DNA of 64,000 bases from Chiloscyllium plagiosum. Lineage: Eukaryota. The position numbers and the translations under genes were made by a program. The DNA is taken from the NCBI RefSeq assembly GCF_004010195.1, contig NC_057751.1:1959305-2023304 (forward strand). Reading direction: 5' to 3'. Below, in pieces: positions 39,676 to 52,849 of this stretch (positions within the stretch are counted from its first letter, which is position 1; each line of letters starts with the position of its first letter). The notes under the pieces are model-generated. The model worked only from the letters and a program-made list of their open reading frames with translations, had not been told where the DNA came from and did not search any database.

Positions 39676-40138
39676 TGAGCTGAAAATGTGTAGCTGGAAA
39701 AGCGCAGCAGGTCAGGCAGCATCCAAGGAACAGGAGAATCGACGTTTTGGGCATAAGCCCTTCTTCAGGAATGAGGAAAGTGTGTCCAGCAGGCTAAGAT
39801 AAAAGGTAGGGAGGAGGGACTTGGGGGAGGGGCTTTGGAAATGCGATAGGTGGAGGGAGGTCAAGGTGAGGGTGATAGGCCGGAGTATCACCCTCACCTT
39901 AACCTCCCTCCACCTATCGCATTTCCAAAGCCCCTCCCCCAAGTCCCTCCTCCCTACCTTTTANNNNNNNNNNNNNNNNNNNNNNNNNNNNNNNNNNNNN
40001 NNNNNNNNNNNNNNNNNNNNNNNNNNNNNNNNNNNNNNNNNNNNNNNNNNNNNNATTGCAGGGGAAGGTGCCGGGAGTGGAGGTTGGGTTGGTGGGGGGT
40101 GTGGACCTGACGAGGGAGTCACGGAGGGAGTGGTCTTT
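39676..40138 (-). mobile_element. PLE family A 3' portion with internal inversion and gap
   Basis: Tail nearly identical to 21830-22064; minus strand KDHSLRDSLVRSTPPTNPTSTPGTFPCN; possible aacc TSD. Confidence 0.85.
39964..40054. other. Assembly gap (N run)
   Basis: Ns. Confidence 1.
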
Positions 40139-40501
40139 AACCACCATCCTCTTTCACTCGCCAATTCCTGATCCAAACCATGAAATCACCCTCAATCACT
40201 TGCCTTCTTATTTTGTGCAATAGCCTACGATGGGAGACCTTATCAAATGCCTGACTGAAATCCATGTACACCACATCAACTGCTTTACCCTCATCCACCT
40301 GTTTGGTCACCATCTCAAAGAACTCAATAAGTTATTCCAATTCTGTACACTCGAGCCAGAAAAGAAAACTCAGGCCCTAGTCTCAGTAATGATGACCATG
40401 AAAGTATTATGAATTATTATAAAAATCCATCTGTTTCACTAATGCCCTTTTCAGAATGGACATCTGCTGTCATTACTTGATTTGGTGCACAATATTGTGA
40501 T

Positions 40502-40727
40502 TGCAATGAGGTCAGCCAGGAAGAATCCTCACAAAATCACAGTTTCCTGATAGGGTGGTAAATCTGGTCTAATTAGGGAATCCTGGCTGACAGAGAGAAA
40601 CAGGAGTTTTAGAGGTTCTGCTCACAATGACAACTCGCTCTGAGGGAGCTGGATTAGTGCCAAGTATCTGTCCACACATTAACAAAGGGTGAGCTGGTGA
40701 TAGGATATTGGTCTTGGAGTTATTTCA
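40502..40727 (+). mobile_element. Short solo-LTR-like element inserted in a decayed SINE (about 40330-40860)
   Basis: TG...TTTCA ends; interrupts a SINE body; TSD not clear. Confidence 0.5.
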
Positions 40728-41354
40728 TGCATATGACTCTAGACCCACACTATCTTTTAACTGTTCTCAGAAATAACCAAACCTGCCATTCATTTCAAGT
40801 GCAATTAGGGAAGGGCAACACATTGTGGTCTCACCGCTGACTTGCCATGAATTTTTTAAAAAATCAAAGGTTGTTACATTTCCAAATAAAAGCTGGGATT
40901 CGCCAGTCATGAATCTCAGCTGAAAGTTTTTCAACTGTGCGGGAAGTTCTGAAGACCAGGAGACATCCCATGAACAGGGAAATGAGGAAAAAGAATGATG
41001 GGGATGGGGAGGAAAGGGAAAAAAGAAACTGAGAGAAGGGAGGAAGGTGGAATAAATAGTGAGTGCTTGGGAATTGTTCATGAGAAACTGAAAGATAAGG
41101 CAAGGATTTCTAGACGGGGAATCACATGATATATGAAAACAAACAAACAAACAGCAGATCACCTGAAAGGTAAAACTTCTGAATATTACTCTCTCAGAAA
41201 GGGGTATACTAGCACAAACATAGCTCTGTGCTGCATGGTCGTATCAGGATCACAGTTTGTGGTCCTGTTGACTCTATATGAACAATTAGCAGAAATCTCA
41301 CCTCATTCTTCCTCATTTAAAAGTAAAGCAAACACACAAGGGAAGGTAACTTGC

Positions 41355-41533
41355 TGGATGAGGCTGGTACAATTACAACATTTAAAAGGCATCTGGATGG
41401 TATATGGAAGGTTTCAGAGGGATCTGGGCCAAATGCTGGCAAATGGGACTAGATTAAGTTAGAATATCTGTTCCGCATGGACAAGTTGGACCGAAGGGTC
41501 TGTTTTCATGCTGTACATCTGTATGACTCTATG
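41355..41533 (+). mobile_element. Short CR1 3' end
   Basis: gaggctggtacaattacaacatttaaaagg...tatgactctatga. Confidence 0.85.
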
Positions 41534-43579
41534 ATTACTATTCATAAGGATAAGCCATTCTGCTTTTGAGCCTTTTCATCATTAAATCAGATTTTGGAAA
41601 TCAATTTAAATACCTTTGTTCCAACTCTCCCAGTCAAAAATAGGGTGAGACGATACAGTTTAAAACCAGCCAAAGGTAAATGTAGGATTAATTTTTGCAA
41701 ACGCACACAATATGGTTGAACAGATTGAATGACAGAGGCAGGAAACTTGGGAAAATGTAAGGTGAATTAAAACTAAATATATTATCCTATTCATTATCTT
41801 CAGAAGTAGTTTTACTGTCACGTACTCAGATGAGTACAATGAAATGTTTACAAGTCACCACTTACGCCGTCATCTAAGATGCAAAGGTACCCAGGTATTG
41901 ATTCTTAAATCCAAATCTTGAGGGAAAAGATTAGAAAAATGAAGAAATAAAAAGTACTTAAATCCTTAATAACCTCCTCTTCTAAAATATAAACATGATG
42001 TAAAGTCGTAAACGCAGTCAAAGAAATATAAGAAACAGGAGGCGCCGTATTCAGAGGGTTTCATAGGAAGAATGTGGAGGGAGTTGTACTTTGTATGCAG
42101 CCTTGTGCTGCAACCATCCCAGAGATGTTTGGTGAGGGCAGTGGTGGGGGAGCTTTATTCTTTCTCTGAATTATTAATGCACTAGTTTCATTTTCCTATT
42201 GAATTTTGAAGAGTTTACATTTACATGTATATTTTATAAGCCCATTCTACATTTTGCTAACACGGCTTTTGAGTAGGAGTACATTGATGAATTGCAGTTT
42301 CCAAGCAGTGTTGTGTCTATACTACGAGTAATGTGGACTTAGATGAAGCAATGTAGTCTTTGGCTTTCACTTTAAGTCAGTGTAATCGAGTGCCTGTGGC
42401 ACTGGTAGAGAATCTGATGCAAGAACTCTCCTCGATCATTCTTCAAGTATTCTAACCGACAGCTGAAATTATTCGTCCATCCTGACGACACAACCAGTCA
42501 AGTGGCACCTTTCCCCTGATAGTGTGTGGACATAGGAACAGGATGAGACCATCTAAACTTTTGGGTCTGTGCCACAGAAAACGATAGAGGTCATCCAGCC
42601 ATCCAGCACATGTCACAGGAGCAGGAGCAGACCATTCAACCCCTCCCACTGGTCTCGAAGGAACAGGAAGAGGCTCTTCAAATCCTCAAACATTCAGGTG
42701 GATCATACCACACATATTCTGGATCTAATTTATCAGCCTGGTTCCATACCAATCAAAACCCTGAAATAACAAACTCCATCAATCTCAACTTGGAAACTTT
42801 CAGCTGACTATCAGTGTCAGCTTTTTGGCTGGACAAAGATCCAGCCTGTGTGTTGGTGCTAAAATTCACTGCAAAGTGCAACTGTAACAGTTTTCTGCAT
42901 GAGAAAATTTGTGTTTCTCAAAAGAAATTAATTAAATCTTTTGGTTCCTCCTGCCTGGTCCATACTTAAATCTTGCTGAACAGTAAATGCGACTCCTTTA
43001 TACTTATGTGTAAACCAAATGTTATCTGTGTCAACAGACCTCATCCACCTGGAGGGAATGAGATAACTTTGGGTCAAAGAATTATACCTTCTCTGTTCCA
43101 ACCTAGTCAATGGGGTGCAAAATCAGGCAGGTTGGAAATAGGTTGTCACTGAGCAGCTTTTATAACAGCAAATTTTATGAGATGATATTGAATCCGTGAA
43201 GTCAATATGCGGTTCCATTGAAACCACTGAAATTGAACATCAGGTGTATTTATCCGATGCAACCAAAAACATATTGTTGCTCCAGTGAGTTCTGATCTGC
43301 TGCATGGATTCTGTCTCAGCTGTACTTGTGTTCTGTTAGCTTCAAGGAATAAATAACAAACTTGCATTTTTATGTCAGCTTATTGTTGTGATACACCATT
43401 CACTGGATGTCATTGTGTTTTCTGTATGCAGCAATCAAGGGAACATTTTGCAATTTCTCATGTGAATAAGACCGTCATAATTTGCTCTAATGAATCTTCC
43501 AATTCAGATATGTGTGCAGTATTATAGCGTTTTGAAATTGCAACACATACATATTGTTCACCATTGGATAAAATCCTAC

Positions 43580-44330
43580 ATAACAGGTTATCGTGCAAAA
43601 TCACAGCACACACATTGGTAGTAACATACTGACATGCTTTGTGAATTAGTTAGCACCGAGGAAACAGTGAGGAGGAATATATGAGTCATTTTCGAATAGA
43701 AGTGACAAGTGAGGTACTGAGGAATCAGTGCTTGGACCCGAGTTTTATCTCTCACAATAATTTGGAGGAGGGAATTGAGTGCAATATTTTGAAGTTTGTT
43801 GACATTGCAAAACAAGTGAGTGGTGAGGAAGACATAAACAGAATTCAGGGCGATTTCAAGAAATTTAGTGAGTGGGCAAATGCATGGCAGATGCAATATA
43901 ACATGGACAAATAGCCACCGTGCTGGAGTACATGTTACATTGTGTCTTATTGAGAACATTTGGTGCTGTCACTGCTAGCTTTTAACCCCCTTAAAGGTAC
44001 AGTACACCCACATCTTCATAACAGCGGGGACTTGGTGAGATCACACCTGGAGTGTTGTGTCCAGTTTTGGTCTCCTTACTGAAGAAGAAAGTCCAACTGC
44101 CATAGAGAGAGTGCAGTGAAGGTTCACCAGACTGATTCCTGAGACAGACGGTGTGTCATACAAGGACAGGCTGGGTTGACTGTACTATATTCACTTAAGT
44201 TTAGAAAAATGTGAAGGGACTTCACTAAAACACAAAATTCTGACAGAGCTGGACAGAATTTTGCCAGGAATTTTGGTCTGAAATGAAGAGAATTTTTTTC
44301 ATTCAGGGTGATGAATCTGTGGAATCTCTG
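43580..44330 (+). mobile_element. Old CR1 fragment (continues at about 47165-47375 after the Rex1 insertion)
   Basis: ILKFVD, EWANAWQMQYNMDK, HLECCVQFWSPY; contains an LTR-end fragment at about 43915-44022. Confidence 0.75.
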
Positions 44331-47165
44331 GTAGAGTAGAGGAGAGTAGAATTGAGTGGAGTAGCTTTTCATTTGCTGGTTCTACCATATACAACTGATA
44401 CAGTAAAAATGAGACAACATTCCTCCAGGAGGTGCTACATGAACAGCACAAACTACACAGTCATACATGGCATAAAGTCCATAAGAAGTACAGAACACGC
44501 AAGTTACAATGCAATAGAAGAATGTTGGACAATAGGCATTTTTCGAGCAGCAATTCGAAGTCGTGCAGAGGATTTTGGAGGGAAAAGAGTCTGATTATAC
44601 TGTGTTAAGGAGCCTGATGGCTTGGGGGAACAAACTGTTGCTCAGTCTGGATGTGAGAGACCGAATGCTCCCGTATCTTCTGCCAGACAGCAGGACGGAG
44701 AAGAGTTTGAGTAAGGGATGTGCGGGGTCTTCCACAATGCTCTTAGCCTTTCAGATGCAGCATGTGATGTAAACGTCTGTAATGGAGGGAAGAGAGACCC
44801 CAATGATCCTCTCAGCTGTCTTCACTATCTGTTATATGGTCTTGAGATCCGAGACGATGCAATTCACAAACAGATATCAACAGATAATGCTATCTCCACC
44901 ACCCACCAACTGGCCCTCACCCACCTAGAGAAGAAGGACACCTCCGTCAAACTACTGTTCATAGACTTCAGTCCTGCATTTAACACTATCATTCTTCAAC
45001 ACCTGATTGGAAAGCTGAGTCTGCTGGGCTTGATTTGGAGATGCTGTGTTGGACAGGGGTGTACAAAGTTAAAAATCACACAACACCAGGTTATAGTCCA
45101 ACAGGTTGAATCCACCTGATCAAGGAGCAGTGCACCGAAAGCTAGTGCTTCCAATTAAACCTGTTGGACGATAACCTAGTGTTGTGTGATTTTTAACTCT
45201 GCTAGACTCGAATACCTCCCAGTATAACTGGATCCTGGACTTCCTGACTGGGAGACCTCTTTCAGTCCAGACTGGGAACAGTATCTCCAACACCATCACA
45301 CTGAACACAGGGGCTCCCCAGGGCTGTGTGTTCAGCCCAATGCTGTTCACCCTGCTGACACATGACTGTGTAGCGATGCACAGGTCAAATCACATTATCA
45401 AGTTTGTTGATGATACAACTGTAGTGGGTCTCATCAGCACAAATGATGAATCAGCATACAGAGAGGACGTGCAGCGGCTAACGGACAACTAACAACCTGT
45501 CTCTGAACATTGACAAGACAAATGAGATAGTTGTTGACTTCAGGAGGGTACGGAGTGACCACTCTCTGCTGGACATTGACAGTTCCCCTGTGGAGTTTGT
45601 GAAGAACAGCAAATTTCCTGGCATACATCTGGCAGATAATCTTGCCCCGACCCTCAACACCAGCTCCATAGCCAAGAAAGCCGTGCAGCATTTCTACTTT
45701 CTACACGGGCTGAGGAAAGCACACCTTCCAACCCCCACCCACCATCCTCACCACATTCTACAGAGGGTTCATTGAGAGTGCCCCGAGCTGCTGCATCACT
45801 GCCTGGTTTGGGAATTGCATTGTCTCGGATTGTAAGACCATATAACGGATAGTGAAGACAGCTGAGAGGATCACTGAGGTCTCTCTTCCCTCAGACATTA
45901 CAGACATTTACACCACATGCTGCATCTGAAAGGCTAAGAGCATTGTGGGTCGATATGCGAACTGCAGGGAGTCCAGTGAGGGGTCAGCAGGGTCTTCATA
46001 TGCCTCATCATGAGGCTCTCGAAGCCTCATGATTGGTATAAGCGCAACAGGGCAAGGTCGTTGAGACAGGATGCTGAAGACGTCTTGAAGTAGCCTTGAA
46101 GTATGTTGGAGCTACGGCGCAGCTCAGGGAAATGTTTAAGATGTCCATGAGAACATCTGCCAGTATGTCAGAGCACCCTCTGAGCACTCTGCCTTATCTG
46201 TGTGTGCTGCTGAGGACCCATGATTCTGCCTGTTATCTGGTGTAGCAGCCTTATGTGGGTTGACTCTGCATAGACTTTTCCTCACGTCAGCTGTGGTAAG
46301 GCATAGCACCTGGTCAGTCGGAAGAGGGATGGTCTTCCTTACTGCCACATCATTTCGTGCCTCAAAAAGTGCATCAAAGTTGTTCAACTCATCTGGGAGG
46401 GAGGCATCACGAGCACAAGCAGGCGATGCTGTTCTGTGGTTAGTCTTGGCCTGGATGCCTTTCCACATGCTCTGCATATCGCCGCTGTCCTGAAAGTGGC
46501 TGTGTATTCTCCCTGTGTGTGGGCACGCTTTGCCTCTATGATGACCTGGATAAAGTTTGCTCTCACTGTTGTTAGGGCTGCCTTGTCATCTGCTATGATG
46601 GCAGAATCACGGGTCCTCAGCAGCGCACACACCTTTGCTGTCATCCATGGCTTCTGGTTCAGGTGAGAAGTGATGGTCTTGGACACACTGACGTCGTCAA
46701 TACACTTGCTAAAGTAGCAAATCACAGTGTACTCCTCTAAGTTGATGTAATTGCCATCGGTTGCCATCTCCCTGAACACGCACCAGTCAGTGCGCTCAAA
46801 ACAGTCTTGAAAAGCAGAAATGGCTACTGCTGGCCAAGTTTCCACCTGCTTCAGAACCGGTGTGACACATCTGGCGAGCCGTCTGTATGCTGGGATTAGC
46901 ATAACAGAGATGTGGTCTGAGGAGCTGAGGTGGGGCTGGGGCTCTGCCCTGTATGCGTTGGGGATGTTTGTGGAAAGCAGATCCAGCATGTTCTCCCCTC
47001 TCGTCACAAACTCCACATGCTGATGGAATTTAGGGAGCACCGTCTTGGGATTCGCATAGTTGAAATCTCCAGCAACAACAAACAGACCATCAGGCTGTAC
47101 ATTCAGCAGTCCACTAATAGCCCCATATAGTTCACAGAGTGCTTCCTTAGCATTAGCACTGGGAG
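44331..47165 (-). mobile_element. Rex1/Babar-type LINE with internally inverted middle segment (44866-45948 on +)
   Basis: Minus strand: [33 protein letters not shown]. Plus strand: [44 protein letters not shown]. The minus-strand 3' end lies at 44865-44331 with a (ctact)n-like tail. Confidence 0.88.
45031..45197. mobile_element. Fold-back PLE tail (family C) with hammerhead motif
   Basis: TSD tctgctgggct / tctgctagact (45020-30 and 45198-208). Inverted arms about 45067-45107 and 45159-45198. Motif cac CTGATcA a GGaGC agt GCaCC GAAA GCTA gtg at 45113-47. Confidence 0.82.
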
Positions 47166-48469
47166 CCCCCTAACACAGAGGGCTATGGAAGCGAAGTCAT
47201 TGAATATATTTAAGAAAGAAATAGACAGATTTCTGGAAGCCAGAAGTGTCAATGGATATCAGGAGAGAGGTAAAGTGTGGCGTTGAGACAGAAGATCAGC
47301 CATGATCATGTCGAATGGCAGAGTAGACTCAATGGTCCAGATGTCCTACCCTGCTTCTATTTTCTATTTTTCTTAATAGTATTGAAACTTGAGAGATACA
47401 CTTTGGAGACTATCTGGGAATCAATTTATGCTCAGGAAGCTCCCATAAATAGTAAATTTACAATATGACCAGTTAATCAACACTTAGTTTTGTTGGTTGC
47501 AGCAGGAAATGTTGACAGAGGATGTCAGAAAGCAATCTCTGCTTTCTTCCAAACATTGGTGTCAAATCTTCAATATCCACTTGAGAGGTCTCAGCAAACA
47601 TCTCATCCATAAGACTGGTGTGCACTGTTGCAGCACTTCCTGCATATTTGCCCTGGGAGCATCATTATAGGCAGCGGGCTGAGGTTTTCACAGTGGGATT
47701 TAAACCCATACCCTTCTGATTGAGAGACAAGAGTGCTGCTCATAATATCATATTTGATACTTGAATATTGTGACCTTGAGCTGGATTGTGTGCCTATGGT
47801 TTGAATTTCTATTGTTCTGATAGAATCAAATGTAGCTTGTTGAAATAAACTAAAGTGCATCTCAGATCAGAGATTTAATTTAATCTCTGCACTGTTTTAC
47901 CCCCTTGTTTTGCAGTTATCTCAGTTATGAACTGCATGCATGAAATGTTATTGATCACCATGGGATTGGTACAATTGAAGCAAAACAACAACTCCCTTTT
48001 GTGGCCCATCCCATGAATGTAAAATAGTTGCAAAGCTGGTACTTCAGGATGAATATAATACTTATTCGTTGGCACTGAACTTAAAATAAACATTTCTCTT
48101 GTGGGCCTCATCGACTGGTAACAGATTCTTGATGACATTTCAATTTTTTATCTTTATTTTCTGCAGTTTTAAGGCTGCATATTCCCAAAAGAGGAAACTC
48201 CCACTCACTATCTTCTATTTGAACACGCCAACTCAAACAGAATTTTGAAACATGGAAAGAAGGGGCCCTGGTCCACTGCATTGGCAGATAGAATCTATCA
48301 AGAGCTGGGCTGGGCCACAGCAGCAAGGAATTTTGTTAGCGAACACGGAGCATTATGACAAATGGCTGACATGCCTGACACAAAGCTGTTTCCTTCCCAA
48401 GCTATGTTTCAGTGATGTTTGTGCAGAGTAAAGTGAGCGCTCCGATGTTTTCAGGAGATGCAGTGTGCC

Positions 48470-48715
48470 AGTGATGGGGTGGGGAGTTGGATAATGTACA
48501 ATGTATGTGACAAACAGTGCAGAGCTGGATGTGGGACAGCATGCAGGGTGGGTGTTGGATGAGCTACAGTATATATGAGAGAGGTTGGGGATTTGATTTG
48601 GTGTGTTTGAGAGGATGCGGTGTTGATTGTTGGATAGTGTGTGTGAGAGAAGTTGGTGAGTTGGATGGGTTACATTGTGAATATGACAGGGAGCAGGGAA
48701 ATGGATGGGGTTACT
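48470..48715. repeat. Degenerate ~30-bp GT-rich minisatellite, left half
   Basis: Recurring gagttggatgggtacagtgtgtgtgagagg-like units. Confidence 0.7.
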
Positions 48716-49970
48716 GCCTCACCTTTACCACAATCATGAGAGGGCTACGAACAAACAGTATGGGAAGGCATATAATTGGGGGAGGGGAAATTTTACTGCT
48801 GTTAGACAGGAGCTGTGGAGTATAAATTGGGAACAAGTGTTCTACAGGAAATACATAAAAGAGATGTGGAGGCTGGTTAAGGAGCACTTGTGAATGTTGG
48901 ATAACTTTGTCCCACTGAGATAGGCAAGGAATGGTAAGGTGAGCGTGTCTTGGAGTTTCTCGTCAACAGGAAGAAGGAAGCTTACTTAAGGTTGAGGAAG
49001 TAAGGATCTGGCAAAGCTTTAGAGGATTACAGGGTAACTAGGAAAGAACTCAAAAATGGACTGAGGAGAGTTAAGAGGGGTCATGAAAAAAGCCTTGGTA
49101 GGAAGGATTGGAAGGCTAAAGGTGTTCGACGTTTACGTGAGGAATAAAAGATCACAGAGAGGATAAGGTAGATCAGGGAGAGTGGAGGGAACTTGTGCCA
49201 GGAGTCTGAAGAGGTTGGGGAGGCCCTAAATGAGGATTTTGCTTCAGTATTCACTAGAGAGAGGAACCTGGTTGATAGTGAGAACGGTGATAGTGGGGCA
49301 GCACAGTGGATCCCTCAAAGTTGCTACCTAAGTTGAGAGGGTGGTTAAGAAGGCATATGGTGTTTTGGCTTTTATTAACGGGGGATTGAGTTTGAGAGCC
49401 GCTATGGTTTGCTGCACTTCTATAAAGCCCTGGTTAGATCACATTTGGAATACTGTGACAGATTTGGTCACCTCATGGTAGGAAGCATGCATATGCTTTA
49501 GAGAGAGTGCAGAGGAGATTTACTAGGACGCTGTCTGGATTGGAGGGTTTGTCTTATGAAGAGAGGTTGAGTGAGCTCGGGCTTTTCACACTGGAGAGAA
49601 GAAGGAAGAGATGTGACTTGATAAAGTTGTACATGGTAATAAGAGGCATATAGAGTAGATAGTCAGATACTTTTCCCCAGTGTAGAAATGGCTGTCATGA
49701 AGGGTCACAATTTTAAGGTGATTGGAGGAAGGTACGGGGGAGATGTCAGAGGTAGGTTCTTTATGCAGACAGTAGTGGGTGTATGGAATGCACTGCCAGC
49801 GGTGGTATTAGAGTCAGAGACATTAGGGACATTGAAGCGACTGCTGGACAAGCACATGGACAGCAAAACATTGCGGGGTGTGTAGGTTAGGTTGATCTTA
49901 GATTAAGATAAATGCTCGGCACAACATTGTGAAGAGCCTGTGCTGTGCTCTATTGTTCCATGTTCCATGT
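48716..49970 (+). mobile_element. Internally deleted CR1 LINE
   Basis: NWGRGNF..RQEL..INWE and LNEDFASVFTRE (to about 49285), then a jump to the RT C-terminus (about 49310); tail ttccatgttccatgtt. Confidence 0.88.
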
Positions 49971-50278
49971 TGTGTATGTGAGGGGTTGGGTACAGTATGT
50001 GTCAAAAGAGGGTTTGGAGTTGGATGAGATGGTGTATGTCTGTGTCAATGGGACACACTGTAAGTGAGGAAGGGTTCTTAGTTGTATGGGGTATGGAGAG
50101 AGGGTGAGGAATTGAATAGGGTACTCTGTAGGTCTATGTGTGAGGGTGGGTTGTGGAATTGGATACGTGTGTGAGAAAGGGAGATGGAGTTGGAAAGGGT
50201 ACAGTGTGTGAGTGAGGGTGTGGAGGTGGTTCGGGTACAGAGTATATGAGAATGAGTGGGGAGTTGAATAAATGGAAG
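49971..50278. repeat. Degenerate ~30-bp GT-rich minisatellite, right half
   Basis: Same unit as 48470-48715. Confidence 0.7.
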
Positions 50279-50359
50279 GGCAATTTTTTTTTGAAAGACA
50301 ACACTTTTTTAAAAAAGTTACACTTGAAGTAACTTTTACAGAATGCATAACACCATAAG

Positions 50360-50490
50360 ACATCAGAGCTTTCCATTCCTGGGACCACTCTTGTAAATGT
50401 CCTCTGGACATGCTCCAGGGTCAGGACATCCTTCCTGAGATATTGGGCCCAGAACTGCACACAATACCCCAAATCTGGTCTAACCATAAC
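50360..50490 (-). mobile_element. Short CR1 fragment
   Basis: MVRPDLGYCVQFWAQYLRKDVLTLEHVQRTFTRVVPGM. Confidence 0.8.
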
Positions 50491-51335
50491 TGGTTAGTCT
50501 TCAGATTAGCTAAACATAATTTTTCTTAAATTAAAAATCTATGTATTATGAAACTGAAGAACCTGAAATTAAACAATTCATGATTTTTAGTGCGGAATTA
50601 CTTCATGTCCAAAGCCTGTGCAAATATTTGTCTTCATATACTGGCTAGTACTGACCTTTCAGCTAACTGATCAAGTTGTTCAGTTTTTGTTAGTTTTGTG
50701 AACTGGTTAGTACATGTCATTAAGTTAAGTAGCATTGAAGAAATCCTTTGGCCCATCGAATCTGCACTGACAAAAACTACTCTAAATTGACACGAGACCT
50801 TCTAGCACGAAGCCCCTAACTTTGAATGTTATGACATTTCAAGTATTCATCCAAGTACTTGTTAAAGTTTGTGAGATTTCCCGCCTCAACTCCTCTTTGA
50901 GGCAGTGCATTTCAGATTCTCAGCACCCTCCATGTAAAAACAAATTTCCTCAGATTCCCTTGAAATCTTCTGCCTTTCGCTGTAAAATTATGCCCCCAGT
51001 TATTGACCCTTTGACAAAGGGAACAATGCATTCCCTCCACCCTCTATCAGGAGGGTGAATCTCTCCTCAACCTTCTCAGCTCAGAAGTAAACAACGTGAA
51101 CTTATCCAGCCTCTCTTACGAGCTGAACTGCTCCATCCTACGAAACACCCTGGTTAATCTTCTCTGTACCCCCTCGAGTGCAATCAATTCCTTCCTAATT
51201 GCACACAGCTACTCTATGACTCCAAAATCTGACCTGAGCAAAATCTTATATAGCTCCAAAATAGCTTTACTGTTCCTCTAGTATATGCCTCAAATGGAAA
51301 AGGCAAATGTGCAGTGTACTTTCTTAATTCCCTTA

Positions 51336-51414
51336 AACTCGAAACATCGACTCTCCTGCTCTTCAGATGTTGCCTTTCAAGCTGTGTTTTTTTTTAGCAC
51401 CACACTTTATGACT
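51336..51414 (+). mobile_element. 79-bp PLE tail fragment
   Basis: 12-bp TSD ttaattccctta (51324-35 and 51415-26); cgaaacatcgactctcctgct. Confidence 0.75.
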
Positions 51415-51496
51415 TTAATTCCCTTATTAACGTGTCCTGCCACTTTCATGGATCTGTGGACAAACACCCCAAAACCCCTCCATTCCTCTGAGCTTC

Positions 51497-52849
51497 CTTT
51501 TTATCCTCTTTAGCCACAGGTGAGGTCCAGAATCCTGGAGAATTTGTTGTTCCTTTGTTGAAGAAGCATAACAGGGATATTCCAGGAAGTGATAGGGTGG
51601 TGAACCTTATTATCAGGGCAGGGAAATCATTAGAGAAGATTCTTAGACACAGGATATACTCGCATTCGAAAAATAATAGACTTATAAGGGATCGTTAGTG
51701 TGGCTTTGTGTGGGGAGGTCTTGTCTCACAAATCTGAATCAGTTTTTTGAAGAAGTGACAAAGATGAGTGATGATGTTGTCCACTTAGTTTATTAAAGCA
51801 CTTGACAAGGTTCCTCATGGTAGGCTGATCTAGAAGTTAAGTCACATGGGATTCACAATGAGTTGCTAAATACAACACAAAAATGGCTGGGTCAGAGAAG
51901 ACACAGGGTAGTTGTGGATGGACATCTGTGTGACCAGTGGCATCCTGCAAGAATCAGAGCAGAAACCTCTATTGTTTGTAATACATACAAATGATTTGAG
52001 TAAAAATACAGATGGTCTGATGAATAAGTTTGCAGACGACACATAAATAGGAGAAAGATCATTTGGAAAGTTGGGCAGAGTAATGGGAGATGGAACTTAA
52101 TCTGGAGAAGTATGAGGAGATACATTTTAGGAGTTCAAATGCAATGAGGAAAGTATATATTAAATGGCAGGACATTTGATACACAGATGCATCTTTGGAA
52201 CACAAGTGGATATGGTGGTGAAGACACAAATCATGCTTGCTTTCATCAGTCAAGGTATTGAGGACAAAAGTTGACAAGTCATGCTTCAGCATATAAGACT
52301 TTAGCTGTGTCACATTTGGAATACTGTGGGCAGTTCTGGTTGCCACAATATAGGGAGTATCTGGGAACTTTGGAGAGGATGCAAAAGATTTCTACCCGGC
52401 TATTGTCCAAATTGGAGTGAATGAGGTATGAGGTGAGGTTGGACAAACTTGGGTTGTTTTCGCTACAGCGTGGGAGAATGAGGGGTGACCTGATACAAGT
52501 GTATAAAATTATGAGAGGCATGAATAAGATGGATCATCAGAATCTTTTTCCTTGGGTGGAAATGTCAAATACAAGGTTTAAGGTGAGAGGGGGGAAGTTG
52601 AAAGGAGCTGGATGAGGCAGGTTTTTACACAGAGGATGGCAAGTGCTCATAGTGCGCTGTCAGGGGAGATGGCAGAAGCAGAAATGAAAGCAAAGTTTAA
52701 GAGGCATTTAGACAGGCATACGAAAAGGCAGGGAATACAGATTTATGGACCATGTGCAGGCAGATGGGATTAGTTTAGAATGGCATTACATTCCATGCAG
52801 ACGTGGTGGGTGAAGGGTCTGTTCCTGCGCTGTACTATTCTATGTTCCT
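51497..52849 (+). mobile_element. CR1 LINE RT and 3' end nested in the previous CR1
   Basis: NKFADDT, RLDKLGLFSLQRGRMRGDLIQVYKIMRG; tail tattctatgttc. Confidence 0.88.

Larger units (their letters stand above)
38683..40330 (-). mobile_element. CR1 LINE RT and 3' end, interrupted by a PLE
   Basis: EKCEVIHFGRIN, LYKTLVRPHLEYCIQFWSPHY; resumes after 40139. Confidence 0.92.

Noticed and set aside
48443..48457. atgttttcaggag resembling the GFRA1 DVFQQ micro-exon
   Set aside because: No AG acceptor before it, no GT donor after it, and the length is wrong.
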